Shown here: piece by piece, positions 12,983 to 25,468 of the stretch | How the letters are laid out: each line of letters begins with the position of its first letter | Numbering within the stretch: position 1 is the stretch's first letter | Source: Podarcis melisellensis | Lineage: Eukaryota | Direction: 5' to 3' (one strand) | NCBI GenBank assembly: GCA_964234715.1 | Contig: OZ174282.1 | Length of the DNA stretch: 64,000 nt | Program-made: the position numbers and the translations under genes | The notes under the pieces: model-generated | Database searches by the model: none | What the model was told of the DNA's origin: nothing | What the model saw: the letters and a program-made list of their open reading frames with translations, nothing else

Positions 12983-14474
12983 GTGGGTGGGACAGGACTT
13001 TCAGTGTGTGGTGGGGGGAACGCCTGCTTTTCCCACCCCTCATTGGCAAGTCGTGGGGGGGGGTCGTGAACCATCCATTCGGCGTGGCTAAAGCATCCGC
13101 CCTAGAGGTGCATCGGTACCTCTGCAATGAAGGGAGTCTAGCTCAGCTCTCAGCATTGGCCTTGAGCTGCTATGACAGGCAAAGCCACAGAATGTCATTA
13201 GCATCCCATGCAAGCTTCTGCAGGCTGCAGAGAGAGCCTTTGGGCTCCTTCACACATATCCGCTTTATCCAAGGCATCTGGGGATCAAGGGAAGTGCATT
13301 TCCCATGGATCCCTGTATGCCCTGGCAGGCACGTCTAAGTTCCCCTCTAGCTTGTGTCCTTCCCAGCATGGATGAGAACTCTCAACCTCATGCAGACACA
13401 CACTCAGCTGGGAAATAAGGCATAGTCAAGTGTAGTATGGATCACCCAGCATTTTTCAGGAAAGACTGTGAGGCTCAATCCACTCATCAAGAGCATGGAA
13501 GTATCTGAAACCCTCTATGCTCGCCATATTTCACCTGCAGTTGGTGAGACCCTTGCTGTTTTAGCTCCTCACCATGGCATTACCCTGAGGGAACTAGGTG
13601 CTCCAGAGCCTAGAGGGGGCCTTTTGGACTCTTTTGTCTCCATTATGAAGTCCATAACTTTCAGCTACACACACACACACACATGCAAGCAGACGCCCGC
13701 AGCTTCCTCCTCCTCCTTGGTCTCAGTGCTGCCCTTTGTAAAACTCTGCAGGGAGGAGGCTGGGAACAACTCTAGAACTGTTTGGCTTGGCCTGTCGTTG
13801 GCTCTGGCGCCACCTGCTGTTGACCTCCCCGCCTTCCACCCTACCATCTGGATGGGCACCACCTGGTGCTGACACACCCCCATACAGGCAAGCAAGAGGC
13901 ATTATCAGAGTGCAAGGACACAATCCCGCCAAGCAGAAGCACTTGGTGTGTGAGGGGGGCATAGCAGGAGCAATGAGGTCTGGGGAGAATCCCAAGGGTT
14001 GCATTGTATAGCAGGGCCAGGGCAGGCACATCTGGCCTCTGGGCCTGAGGTTCCTCACCCCTGGTGCAAGAGGGCACTGAGAACTCCTTTGAGGCATCTC
14101 CAGGGAGAGCTCCCCAGCTGGGCAGTGAGCATCAAACGGCGCATGCAGCACCACACACCAGTGAGACGGCATGTGATCCAAGCTCATACAGCCATGCCCA
14201 TGCCATGCTTTGCTTGTTCCTCGGCGTCATTTGCAAGCCCCTCGTCTGTCCGTCCATGTGCCTGTCTCTCTCTGTGTGTGTGTGTATGTGTGTGTTGTGT
14301 GTGTCCCCTTCCCTTTAACACGTCCTGCATGTAGCTTCCGGGCAGCTCCTCCACAGTCTATGCATGTTGTCAGCCCCTGCCCGAGTTTGGCAACGCTCAC
14401 CTTGGCCCCGTTTGTGAACAGTCAGATGCGCTAACAGGTCCACCCCTCCCCTCCCCTCCTGGTCATTGGTACAG

Positions 14475-14649
14475 GTGTGTTGAGGAGGACGAAGCCGGCC
14501 TGTTAGATTTGGAGCAGTTACCGCAGTTTGGGAAGGGGCTGGATCTACGCAAGGCGTCCGAGGAAGCTTTTGAAGTTAAAGATGTGTATAACCCCACCTT
14601 AGACTCTGAGGCAATAAAACATACTCTGTACAGGCAGGCTAAAAATCAG
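14475..14649 (+). CDS. PRDM16: PRDM16 exon 16 equivalent (penultimate, likely cassette exon)
   Basis: gtacag|G...AATCAG|gtaggt; CVEEDEAGLLDLEQLPQFGKGLDLRKASEEAFEVKDVYNPTLDSEAIKHTLYRQAKNQ; 175 nt; branch-like CGCTAAC at 14429-14435. Confidence 0.95.
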
Positions 14650-17600
14650 GTAGGTGTACCCTTGGGATATTTTCCGCAGTTTTCCCTCTCGTGGTGACGA
14701 AGGGGGTTCAGCCCGTTTGGTTTCCTTTCCTCGCTGAAGGTCCCCATGAGCAATGGCCAACACTGGGAACTCGCAGCCAAGCAGTGGCAGGTCCCGCAAA
14801 ACATTATAGGGGCATGTTTTCATCAGGATTTATGGGTTGGGTTGCCTACCACTCTAACCTCAGAGGCGATGGTGGGAAGGACGAATGGGTCAACCTGCAT
14901 GGCCAATTTCTCTCGGGTTTTATAGGCTGAGCTAGTGATTTGTAGATTTGCTCTGGGGAGCGGAACCAAGAAAATGCATCAAATATGGACATGAGTTGCT
15001 AGAAATGTTGAGGGTCTTTTTCTTGGTGGTGGGGTAGGTTGCATACCTTACTTACAGGAGAGGTAGCCTTGGGTAGATGGTTTGGTGGTGGGGTTTTTTA
15101 TTTCACTGTTTAAATAAGTCCGAGAACTTGCCAAGTGCAATTGGCAGCCAGCAAACCTCCCTGTCTTACCGCATCCTTCAAAATTCCTTCCAGCCGCATG
15201 GCTGTTTCTGCAGTAGATCACCATGAACTGCTAGCGGCTAGAAGGAATACAGAAGGCTGTGGAGCAGGACCAGCCAATGTGGTCCCCTCCAGATGTTTTT
15301 GGATACCAGCCTCCATCACCCCTGTTGATTAAGGATGAAGGGAGTTGTAGCCCAAGCAAACCAGGAGGTCACTACCTTGCCAACTCCTGCCGTAGGTCAT
15401 GGGTGGAGAATCTGTGGCCCTCCAGATGTTGCTCCTATCATCCCTTGGCATTGCCCATGCTTGCTGAGGCCTATGGGTGTCCAACCACTTCTGGAGGACC
15501 ATAGGTTCCCCAGCCCTGCTTTAGATAGACCAAGATGCTCGCTGGCCATTGAATTATGGAGAAATAGGTTCAACCCAGTACTTGTTTCATACTGCCATAG
15601 CATGCTCCTCCTCACCTTGAAAAAGGAAGAAGCAAGAATCCTTGGCAGGAGCATTGGTGAAGTGACAGAGATCCTTTCAACTGCCTCTCAGATCACCACT
15701 GTTTTCTTAAACTCAAGAAACATTGCTTTGCAAAGTGCAAAGTTCTGTTGAGAGCCCAGCTGCCCACCTTCTCAACTTGTTTGAAGACCACCCTCTGCAT
15801 CGATACATATACAAATTTGGGTGGTGGTCCTGCGGGTTGCAGCCAGCTGAGTTCTGCTCAGAGAAGACCCATTGAAATGAACAAGTCTACGTTCTTCATT
15901 GCAATGGGTTTACTTTGAAGATGGTCCTTATGCAACACAACCCCAGTATTCATGCATCCTGTCACAGCATCCCTGATCCTGGGGAGAAAATTCTCTCTCA
16001 TAGCTCCCCCTAGCCTTTCTTCCGAGAACTGCAGTTATTAAGGTTTTTACCTGGGAAGATAGAATTGCTGTTTAAACCATTTTAAGTCTGTAGGAAAGAC
16101 CCTCCCTGATGGGAGCTGCAGAGAACCTCAAGCTCCCCTACTTTTGTTTTGTGTGGGAAACTCATGTTCTTGTTTGTTGAGAAAGAAAGGGAGGTCTCAT
16201 TTCCTGTTTCCATGCATGTCTCTTTGTCTTTGTCTTTTTAATACTAATATGCTGAAACCTACTAATTTTTTATGGACTTTGTGTTCTCTGTTCCTGTTTC
16301 CCTGCAATTTCAGTCTTGGTTTTTACAGAGGGCTCCTGTTGTTGCTTTGCTACAATGGTATATACACCAACACAGAATTGTGATTTGGCCAAAGGCAGTA
16401 GAGCTGAGAAGGAGGGAGAACACAGGATTTCATTTCCCAAACCTAAACCTTTTTACTGTTCACTCTGAAGTCCATCCTCCTCTTTTCCTAGTGAGGAACC
16501 CTGCCCTCATCTCCCTGGTTTCCATGGTCAACATTTGCTGTTGGATCTCAGTAGGATGGGGATCACAGAACATTGTTTTCCCTGACCACACTTTTCTGAT
16601 ACTGATTCAGATCAATCAGTCCAGTCGAAACACCATCCTCTGGTTGGATGGCCATGTGTCAGGGATTATTTAACTGTGATTCCTTCATTGCAGGGGGGGG
16701 TGGACTAGATGGCCCTTGGCGGTATCTTCCTACTCTACAGTTTCTATGAAAAAAAAACCTCTCCCCCTGGATTCCAGAGCAAGGACAACCTAAGAACTCA
16801 TCCAGTTCAAGCAGTGGGGCCATCAGGGGGCAGAGGTCCAGGGATGCCCCACTCAGCAGAAATGAGTAGGGTGCCTCCCCCCTTCCCATTGCAGCAGTGC
16901 TCACTTACCACATTTGGAAGCAAGTGGTGACATTGCCATCTCAAGGAGGGGGGACTAGCTTTCTCAGGCTCAAGGACAACAATGCCACCTTCCAAGCCCC
17001 CAGAGGCTGCATGCCAGAGGTGGCGAGTGTGGCTTAAAAATGGGCATGGCCACCCCATGGTTGGCATGCATAGACACACCAGAGCAGGTGGGAGGCAGGT
17101 CACCCCCTTCCCCATCTATCCAATCAATTATTTGGTGCGGGGCAAGGGGGCAACCTCAGTCAGGAAGTGAGGGAACTGAAATATAAGGAGAGTGCGCACG
17201 TGCCAGAGGATGAGATGTGTAAACTGAGCCATTCTGATTTCCCATCTCACCCCCAAAAGCAAGGGTAGCCAACGTGGCACATTCAAGAGGCTACTGAACT
17301 GCAAATCCCATCATCTCTTGGCCATATGGGCTGGAGTTCATGGAAGACAACCTGGGCCGCCAATGAGATTTAATCAGAGTAGATGCATAAAAATTAAAAG
17401 ACCTTGGCCGGTCACACCCAGTCCCTTTGCTGGGTTGAATTCAGCGCTAGCCCTGCTCAAAAGAAACCCACCCAAAAGAAACCCACTGCTCAAAAGAAAC
17501 CCACTGACAGGCATGACCCAATTAGGTCTATTGATTCCAGTGGGTCTACACTGAGTAGGACTTGGTTGGCTACAAGCCAGCGGGGGTATATTCTGAGTGT

Positions 17601-17658
17601 GAAGAATGCCAGACACAACTCTTGAAGTCCAGCAACACCTGGAGAGCACAGTGCTTGC

Positions 17659-18004
17659 TAAAGGGACCCCTGACCATTAGGTCCAGTTGTGACCGACTCT
17701 GGGGTTGCGGCGCTCATCTCGCTTTATTGGCCTAGGGAGCCGGCATACAGCTTCCGGGTCATGTGGCCAGCATGACTAAGCTGCTTCTGGTGAACCAGAG
17801 CAGCGCACGGAAACGCCGTTTACCTTCCCGCCGGTGTGGTACCTATTTATCTACTTGCACTTTGACGTTCTTTTGAACTGCTAGGTTGGCAGGAGCAGGG
17901 ACTGAGCAAGGGGAGCTCACCCCATCGCGGGGATTCGAACTGCTGACCTTCTGATTGGCAAGTCCTAGGCTCTGTGGTTTAAACCACAGCTCCACCCGCG
18001 TCCC
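17659..18004 (-). mobile_element. Sauria SINE
   Basis: Same sequence family as 1121-1474. Confidence 0.92.
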
Positions 18005-18313
18005 TAGTCCCATGCAAAAACACACCACACCACCAGGAAAGTGCTCTTACACCAAAGTCCCTTGAAGTGAATCGGGGTGACATTTGTTTATCATGACTAC
18101 ATTTATGCCCCGCCTTTCCTTTAAGGAGCTTAAGGTGGTGCGCGTCATTCCTCTTCTCCTATTTTGTCCTCACAACAACCCTGTGAGGTAGGCCAGGCTG
18201 AGAGACTGTGCCCCTTAGTAGCCTCACAGCTGAGTGAGAGATTTCAAACCTGGGCTTCCGGGTCTCAGCCCAGCCCTCTAACCACTACACTGCACTGCCT
18301 TTCTTAGAATCCT

Positions 18314-18315
<2 letters not shown>

Positions 18316-18344
<29 letters not shown>
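18316..18344. repeat. (AC)n microsatellite
   Basis: Uninterrupted AC run upstream of the last PRDM16 acceptor. Confidence 0.95.
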
Positions 18345-18346
<2 letters not shown>

Positions 18347-18427
18347 TTCTTTGCTGACAAAGATCTGACCAGCATGTATTGATGCCCTCTTTCCCTCGCT
18401 GTGTTTTTCTTCTCTTCCCCCCCTTAG

Positions 18428-18562
18428 GCTTATGCAATGATGTTGTCCCTTTCTGAGAACACTCCCCTCCATCCTTCTTCCCAGAACTCTCTGGATGCTT
18501 GGTTGAACATGGCAGGTGCTGCTTCTGAGCCAGGAGGCTTCAGCGCCGTCGGTCATCTCTGA
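18428..18562 (+). CDS. PRDM16: PRDM16 terminal coding exon (exon 17 equivalent) to stop codon
   Basis: ccttag|GCTTATGCAATGATG; AYAMMLSLSENTPLHPSSQNSLDAWLNMAGAASEPGGFSAVGHL-TGA, matching the PRDM16 C-terminus. Confidence 0.96.
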   Translation, partial: AYAMMLSLSENTPLHPSSQNSLDAWLNMAGAASEPGGFSAVGHL

Positions 18563-21268
18563 GAGGCTGGAGGAGAAGGCGCCTGGCCCGAGATCCCAAG
18601 CAAGGAGGCCGAGGTGCCACACGTCTCCCTTCTCAGACCTTCTGGTCAGCAGCGGAGGACTGGACAGGAAGCCCTCGGGGCTCACCCACCCACCACCGGG
18701 AGAAGGAACCCACCACAGACAGCTCGTTCCCTGTTTCGTCGGACCTAGGAAACCACCACCGCAGCAGACCTGGGGGCCTGCCATCTCTCTGATGAAGAGT
18801 ACATCCCAGGAGCGAAACTGGGGGGGGGGGGGAGACCAGGTGCATTTGTCGTTAGCAAATCCAGTCGTGCCCCACCCTCTCACATTACAGACCGTGTTGC
18901 TGAGCCAGCAAAAACCTCCTTGTAAACAACCCCACCCTACCCCACATGAAGTCCCTTGACCCTCGTATCCAGTTCTGCTAAGAAGAAGAAAACGACGTTC
19001 TAGGCCAGGTCCCATTCCAATGAAGTCACTGGAGTTCTGCTGAGATTAGAACTTCCGTTGAGTTTTGTTTGCTTCCATCCCCCTCTTTAAAAAAAAGAAA
19101 ATAAGGTGTCAAGTTCCTTTCCCTCATCTTAGGTGCACTCTTCTTCAGATGGCCTCGCTGTGGTTAATAACCTCTCTTGTCCCCCAGTGGTTGCCTTTTG
19201 GAAAGCTTGTTGGCACACTTTTTTAAAGGAAAAAAACCCCTCTGTAACTCCGGTTTACAGCCACCCATTGCCACTTCTCTTGAGGGGTTTTCACACGTTA
19301 CGTTTGACGATGAGTGCACAGTCTTTCTGGCCCGGGGTGCACATCTACTGAGCTGTATGCTTGTACGGTTATTCACATGTAACAATCAAGGAGTGTACAG
19401 TCTGTGTGTGCAAGTCACAATTTTCCACACACACGCTGATCGCTGTGTTCAGCATAATGTGTGGAACAAGCCACACATGTGAAGTTCTGGTGCTGAGCTG
19501 AGGAGCAGCTGGGGCTGTGGAAGGAAACTTTGTGTATGGCCTTCACTATCCCACCTGCCCAGGTTGTGCTTATGATGGAAAACAGCCTGTAAAAGTTTGA
19601 AATGGGCAAGAGAGGTGCTATCTAATTTCCCTCTCCTGTTGCACAGCCAGAGAACAGAATTACTCCCCTATAGCTTGAAGTAGTTAAGGTTCTGGACTTT
19701 GTGGTGGTGGGGAGAACAAAATCAGCTCCTCTGATAAATGGGGCGTACAGACCGTCCTTCCCTCTGACCCGAGAAGCATCACAAGTCTTACAGAAATTCC
19801 CTTTGCTTCCCTTTGAACTCCTCTGTTTGCTTGTTTTGGTCTGCCAGATTGCCAAATCTGCCTCGCAGTTGTGCTTTTGGTGGAACTTTGACAGCAGCTT
19901 CGACACAGGTGTGGATCGGGGCCACTCCTGGGGGACCTGGGGGCATCAATCAAAGCATCTTGCTAGGGTCCAGCTCCACAATTTTTGTTCCCCCCCCCCC
20001 CCGGGATGGGCTGGCAACCTCTCTTGCAGACTGTGGCAGCAGAGTTTTTCACAGAGACCTAGCAGAGGTCAAACCGTGAGTCTTGTGCCAACAGGTGGGA
20101 CGCCTCCATTCTGTGGCCAGGTCAGCTCCCATGCAGAACACCAGACTTTGCCAATCAGGTGCCATCCAGATGTTGTGTTCACAACTCCCACCCGCCCCAG
20201 CCAGCACAGTGGGATTTGTAGTCCAAAACATCTGAAAGGCACCCAGTTGGCCAGAGGCTGTTGGCAAGAAGACAAGGTCCCAAGACAACACCATCGAAAG
20301 CCAGCCTTATTCCTCTCTCCCCAAACTTCTTCAGTATAAAGCGGCAACCTTTCCCACCATATTCCAGAACCACTATTTAAACTCATTCCTAAAACAAGGA
20401 CAAATAGTATTACAAGGGTGTCTGATTGGTTTTTGTTTATTTTTGTTTGCAGATTTTCAGTTCTGATTCCCTCCCGTCCAGTGCCAATGTTTTCAAATCA
20501 TCTCTAGATCAAGTTCCAGGACACAGAAATAGTATTGAGACCTTAATGCTGAATTGTTGTGAGTCCAGCATTCGCTTTGCTTAGGGTTCATCCAGATTTA
20601 GGGGTTTTTAGAGTACAGGGATGGTTTTTAGAGTAAGTTTGGGCAAGAGGGGTAATTATCAGGTGCTCAGGTCTTCCTGTAGTTGCTGCCAAGGCAGGAA
20701 CTAGACAGTAGGGCAGAGGTTGCCAAAGAGGTGCCCGTGGGCACACATCTGCCCACAGAGGTCCTTCCTGCTACCCATGTGATTCCCCTCTCCAGTTTCA
20801 AGTTCAGCTTGGAAGCAGCATTCTGTGGTAACCAAGAGCATGCTATGTTGTGTCTGCTGGCTTGTGGGGTGTGCAGAACCTGTGAAGAAGGCAAATGGGC
20901 CCCACAGCTCCCCAAAGCTTCGTGACACCTGCATTGTGGCAGGCCGGAAGTGATTGTACTGGAGGAAACATTAAGACGGGTGTTTCTCCCTTTCTCTCTC
21001 CCCCCATCCCAGTATTATCTAATGGGTGGGGGAGAATGTGAAACAACATAAGCAACATCCTGCATTTATTTCTGTCCCTGTCGTACTTCACTGGCTTTGT
21101 GGCACCATGACAGTGCCACATTCCGAATTTTTGTTTTCTGCGGCGTTACAGGGAGAGAGGGAAGCAGACAGCCAGGGTTACCGATTGCAGTCAAAGGCAC
21201 CACCTTGTAGATAACATCAAGCTCTGACTTCAGAAACCGCCTCATCTTCCCATCTCTGTGTTACTGTA

Positions 21269-21519
21269 CAGTCGTACCTTGCTTCTCGAACTCCTTGCGA
21301 GTCGTACGTTTTGGCTCCCGAACGCCACAAACCCAGAAGTGAGTGTTCCAGTTTGCGAACGTTCTTTGGAACCCGAACGTCCAACTCAGCTTCCGCGGCT
21401 TCCGATTGAGTGCAGGAAGTTCCCGCAGCCATTCAGAAGGCGCGCCTTGGTTTTCGAACTTTTTCGGAAGTCGAACAGACATCCGGAATGGATTACGTTC
21501 GGGTGTCAAGGTACGATTG
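21269..21519. mobile_element. Tigger-like MITE, family B, in PRDM16 3' UTR
   Basis: TA|CAGTCGTACCTTG...CAAGGTACGATTG|TA; CpG-rich. Confidence 0.85.
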
Positions 21520-22249
21520 TACTGGAGACTTTGCATTCTCAAATAGCTGGCTCTCCCATCTCTTTCTTTTCCCATTGATCACTCTGCACCAGGCCCTTCC
21601 TTACATAATTGCCCGTAAAAAGGAGTTTCTCACAACGGCATAAACTTAGATCAGCTTTATTATTCCAGTTTACCTATCCTGGCTCCCCACCTCCCACCGC
21701 AAGGATATTGGGAACTGTGGTTTGGTCAAGGTGATACTCTGTTGAAGAGATTGCTAGGTCTCCTGGCAGCACTATGTTCCCCTGAGAGAGAGGAAATATG
21801 GCTAGATTTTACATTTTACAGGCCTGCACAATACCCAGAAGTCATTTCCAAGTCTTGAAGCTAAGTGTCTATCTGGTGCCTTAAGGACTGTATGCAATCA
21901 AGTCCTACTCAGAATTGGATCCAAGTTAGTCATTAATTTCAGCCAGTGTTGTCTGAATAAGATTAGCATTGGCTGGATAAAAGTTTCAGGTGCCAGGGTA
22001 CCTTCTCACATGCATTATCATTCATATATTTTCAAGTTTTGCTTTTAAAAGCCAGCTTTTTTGGGAGGGGGGAGTGATTCAATAAATTGGAATGCAGCCA
22101 TTTTTTTAAAAAAAAGTACTTCTACCTACACCCTCCCGCAAAACCCTAAATCTCCTAAAACCTAATGAGTCCAGTAATAGGGTTGCCATAGGTCCTCTAT
22201 TTCCAGGACAGGTCCTCTTTTTCATGGGTATGTAAAATGAGAGTCATCA

Positions 22250-22420
22250 TAGACATCCATAGTTAAAAATTTTCTTCCATTTCTTTGCAATCACTACTCT
22301 TGCAGCTGTTAAAAGATTAACTGCTATTTCTAGGTCGTTTTCCAAGATAATGCCTTTCCAATAACCAAGCAAGAAAATTTCAGATTCTGACGGTATGAAT
22401 GTTGGGTCTCTCCAACTTCT
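22250..22420 (-). mobile_element. L1/Tx1-type LINE ORF2 C-terminal fragment in PRDM16 3' UTR
   Basis: Minus strand reads SEIFLLGYWKGIILENDLEIAVNLLTAARVVIAKKWKK, resembling the FLLG...LTAAR..IA..WK motif. Confidence 0.65.
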
Positions 22421-23395
22421 TCATCTGCAAAGAAAGTCGAAAATGTGAAAAGGTCATTTGCACATTGCTCTTTAAAAAAAGAAGGATAGATTCACAGTTT
22501 AGCAAACGTGCTTAATTAGCTGCTGTTGCTTTAGACATCACCGCCACCAAATAAGTCTCACCTGTATTTCAGGAATAAAATCATAGAATTGTAGAGTTGG
22601 GAGGGACAATAAGGGTAAAACACCTCTAACTTCAAGCCTTACTCAGGCAGTGCTATTTCTGAGCATCAACATTGTGATTTCAGTTCTTCTGCTTAGCTAA
22701 GATGCTCTGAGATGTTTCACCGCACATAACAAAGCTACCTTAGATCAGATTTGATCTTCTTGTCCAGTATTGTCTCCTTTGGATGGGCAGAAACTTTCCA
22801 CAATCTCAGGAACGGGGTCTTTCCAATCACTTGTCACCTGAGAGCCGTTTTTGAAACTGGAGATGTCAGGATTTGAACCTGTGGCCAGCTGCATGTAAAT
22901 GCTTTTCACTGAGCTATGAGATCTTCCCTATCGGTTGTCAAGTATTCTGCTTCCTAGATCAGCATGGAGGGCTGATGAAAGCCACATCACTGGCAGAATG
23001 GCTATTTGAATGTTCTTCCGAAGCTTGATGTGGCTCCAGAATCTCTGGGTTCATCATGCGAGACCCACCAATGGACACCCTTAATTGTTGAGCGATGGCC
23101 AGGATCATACAAACCAAGGGAAAAACCTTTCCCTGTAAGAAACCTCCTTCCTCTAAGAGGAATGAAGAGACCGGGCAAATTCTCTCCTTTTGCGCTGAGC
23201 TTTGAAGGAAAGCTGGAAGGACTTTTCAGGTGCTGATGGCTTGGCGAGGCTTCTGGTCACCAGTACTTTTGGTCAACCTGTCTGACATCTGGTGTCAGCC
23301 GTGCTGCAAAACATACCGGTAAACAGATTCTTGTGCATCTTCTCTGCTCACTTTTGGGGAATTTCAGTGCCACCTTCCTACAGGTGAGAGTCACA

Positions 23396-23684
23396 GCCAG
23401 TTTCGTGTAGTGGTTAAGAACGGTGGACTCGTAATCTGGTGAACCGGGTTCACTTCCCTGTTCCTCCACATGCAGCTGCTGGGTGACCTTGGGCTAGTCA
23501 CACTTCTCTGAAGTCTCTCAGCCTCACTCACCTCACAGAGTGTTTGTTGTGGGGGAGGAAGGGAAAGGAGATTATTAGCCGCTTTGAGACTCCTTAAGAG
23601 GAGTGAAAGGGGGGTATCAAATCCAAACTACTACTACTACTACTACTCTTCTTCTTCTTCTTCTTCTTCTTCTTCTTCTTCTTC
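23396..23684 (+). mobile_element. Squam3B-like SINE in PRDM16 3' UTR with (CTA)n(CTT)n tail
   Basis: Same family as 11635-11877. Confidence 0.87.
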
Positions 23685-24392
23685 ACAGAAGACGCAGAGC
23701 CATTTAGAGTGGATGCCTAGCTTCCTCTTCTGCCACACTGCCAAGCAGTGTTGAGCGTAACCAATGGGGGCTGGTTCACTTAGGCAAAGAGGCCACTGGC
23801 CCACCAACCTCAGTCTGATCATAGCAAGTCCTCACCTACCTGCCTCCTTACTTAACAACCAGCCCAGGGGACAACACTGCCTGTGCCTTCTAATCCCACC
23901 TGTCCCAATTAGCCACCACTGAGTATAGCGGTGTTGGGGGGTTGCAAACCTTCCCCTGGGACGCATCTGGCATTCCTACTTTTGCATGGCCAGGAAGTCT
24001 GGGAGAGAGCATCCTTATCTGGGAATCATCCATGAACAGGTTGCGAGAAGCCACTCTTAACATTCCATTCCTTGGCACTTATGTTTCTACAAAGCAAATC
24101 ATCCCATTCACGTGGGCTGTGTGTTCAAACAGGGGCCAAATTTTTATATATAGAAAAATAAAAGACTATTGGGGTATTCTATGGGATGGTGGATTTTTCT
24201 TTAATCTGTATATAACTTGTAATTTTTTTAAAAAAAGAAGAGAGGAACACACACACACACACACACACACATTTATTTTATTTCTTCCTTAACAGTATTT
24301 TATTCTTATATTATATATACATATATATATATTTGGCGTTAGATATCATTATTGTGGAAAAAATAATAATGTTAATATAAGTAACTAGTGAA

Positions 24393-24400
24393 GGACCAAA
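24393..24400 (+). promoter_or_regulatory. miR-133 8mer seed site (GGACCAAA) in PRDM16 3' UTR
   Basis: Exact complement of miR-133-3p nt 2-8 plus A1, in AU-rich context; miR-133 repression of Prdm16 is established in mouse. Confidence 0.7.
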
Positions 24401-25468
24401 ATGGTGTATAATTAAAGGCTATTATGCCATATGACCAATAAGTAGGACGTAGAAGGGTTAATTGTTTTCCATTATTAATTAATTGTTTTTATCATTGTCA
24501 ATGTGCCAAATGACCCATAAGTAATGAAAGCGCTAATCTGGCAGCCAGCTTCCCAGACAATCATATGCTGCATCTAATTTGGTTTCTTAAAAATAATCAT
24601 CATAATATTTCTATCATATTTGCATTTAGAATTAAGTGTTCTATTTATTTTCTAGGGTAGTTTGGTTTGGCAAAACAAGGCGGGAGGCAGAAGAAAATTG
24701 CAATTATAAATATCTATATTAAAAAAGAAAACCCCACACAATCACACATGTGTGAGTTCTGCGTCAGAGAATGCCACCCGAAACAGAAATCACGCCAGCA
24801 ATTATGAGCAGAATTCACTAGCAGGGCTTTTCTTTTCTCCACAAACCTTAGTTAAATAATTACGTTCTTTTCTGCATTTGTTTGTTTGTTTGTTTCCCTT
24901 TTACCGAAATGCATTGAAATTAATTGTGTGAATAATCATGTATGTTTTGGCCATAGCGAGATGAATAATGTAGGAAGCCAGACTGCAGCAGAACAGAGAT
25001 AGTGACGATTGCAGTTAGATGGAAACCATGGCCTCCTCTTGACACACCGACTCCTAAGCACCCAAACCGCAAATGCCTAAGAACAGTCCTTGAGGTGTTC
25101 TGTATTCAAGTCAGATGGCATTTATTTCAAGTGTGCCACTTACATTAGAAGATACCAATAATTATTATTGTTTTTAGGAAGTCCTCCCTCTCCTCCCCTC
25201 CCCACCACCAAAGTCCTGCTTGTATTTTTGGTCTGATCTGAGCAGTTTTCAGCTGTCCTCCAAAGTTCCCCACATGTTGTGCTGTGCTGTGTGCAGGAGG
25301 TGATGTTTCCCATGGGTCTCTTGACATGCTGGCCACTACTGCTTGGGCGGGTGCACTGAGTGCAGAATTCTAGCAGACGAGCCTTTGCTTGTTGCCATGA
25401 GCTTTCTGAACTTTGACACCCGTATTCAAACCCCGTGAAAAGTCTAAGATTCTTTTGTTAAGTTTTTA

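Noticed and set aside
14436-14437. AG directly after CTAAC as an alternative PRDM16 acceptor
   Set aside because: Too close to the branch point and lacks its own pyrimidine tract
17455-17505. Three CAAAAGAAACCCA repeats, superficially a repeat-spacer array
   Set aside because: Local slippage duplication at the edge of a palindromic repeat; eukaryotic DNA, no unique spacers or cas genes
18278-19015. 245-aa minus-strand ORF
   Set aside because: Antisense to the PRDM16 last exon and GC-rich proximal UTR, runs through a (TG)n repeat, no recognisable domain
19701-20339. 212-aa plus-strand ORF in the 3' UTR
   Set aside because: Non-ATG start, crosses a MITE and a poly-C run, no protein-like motif
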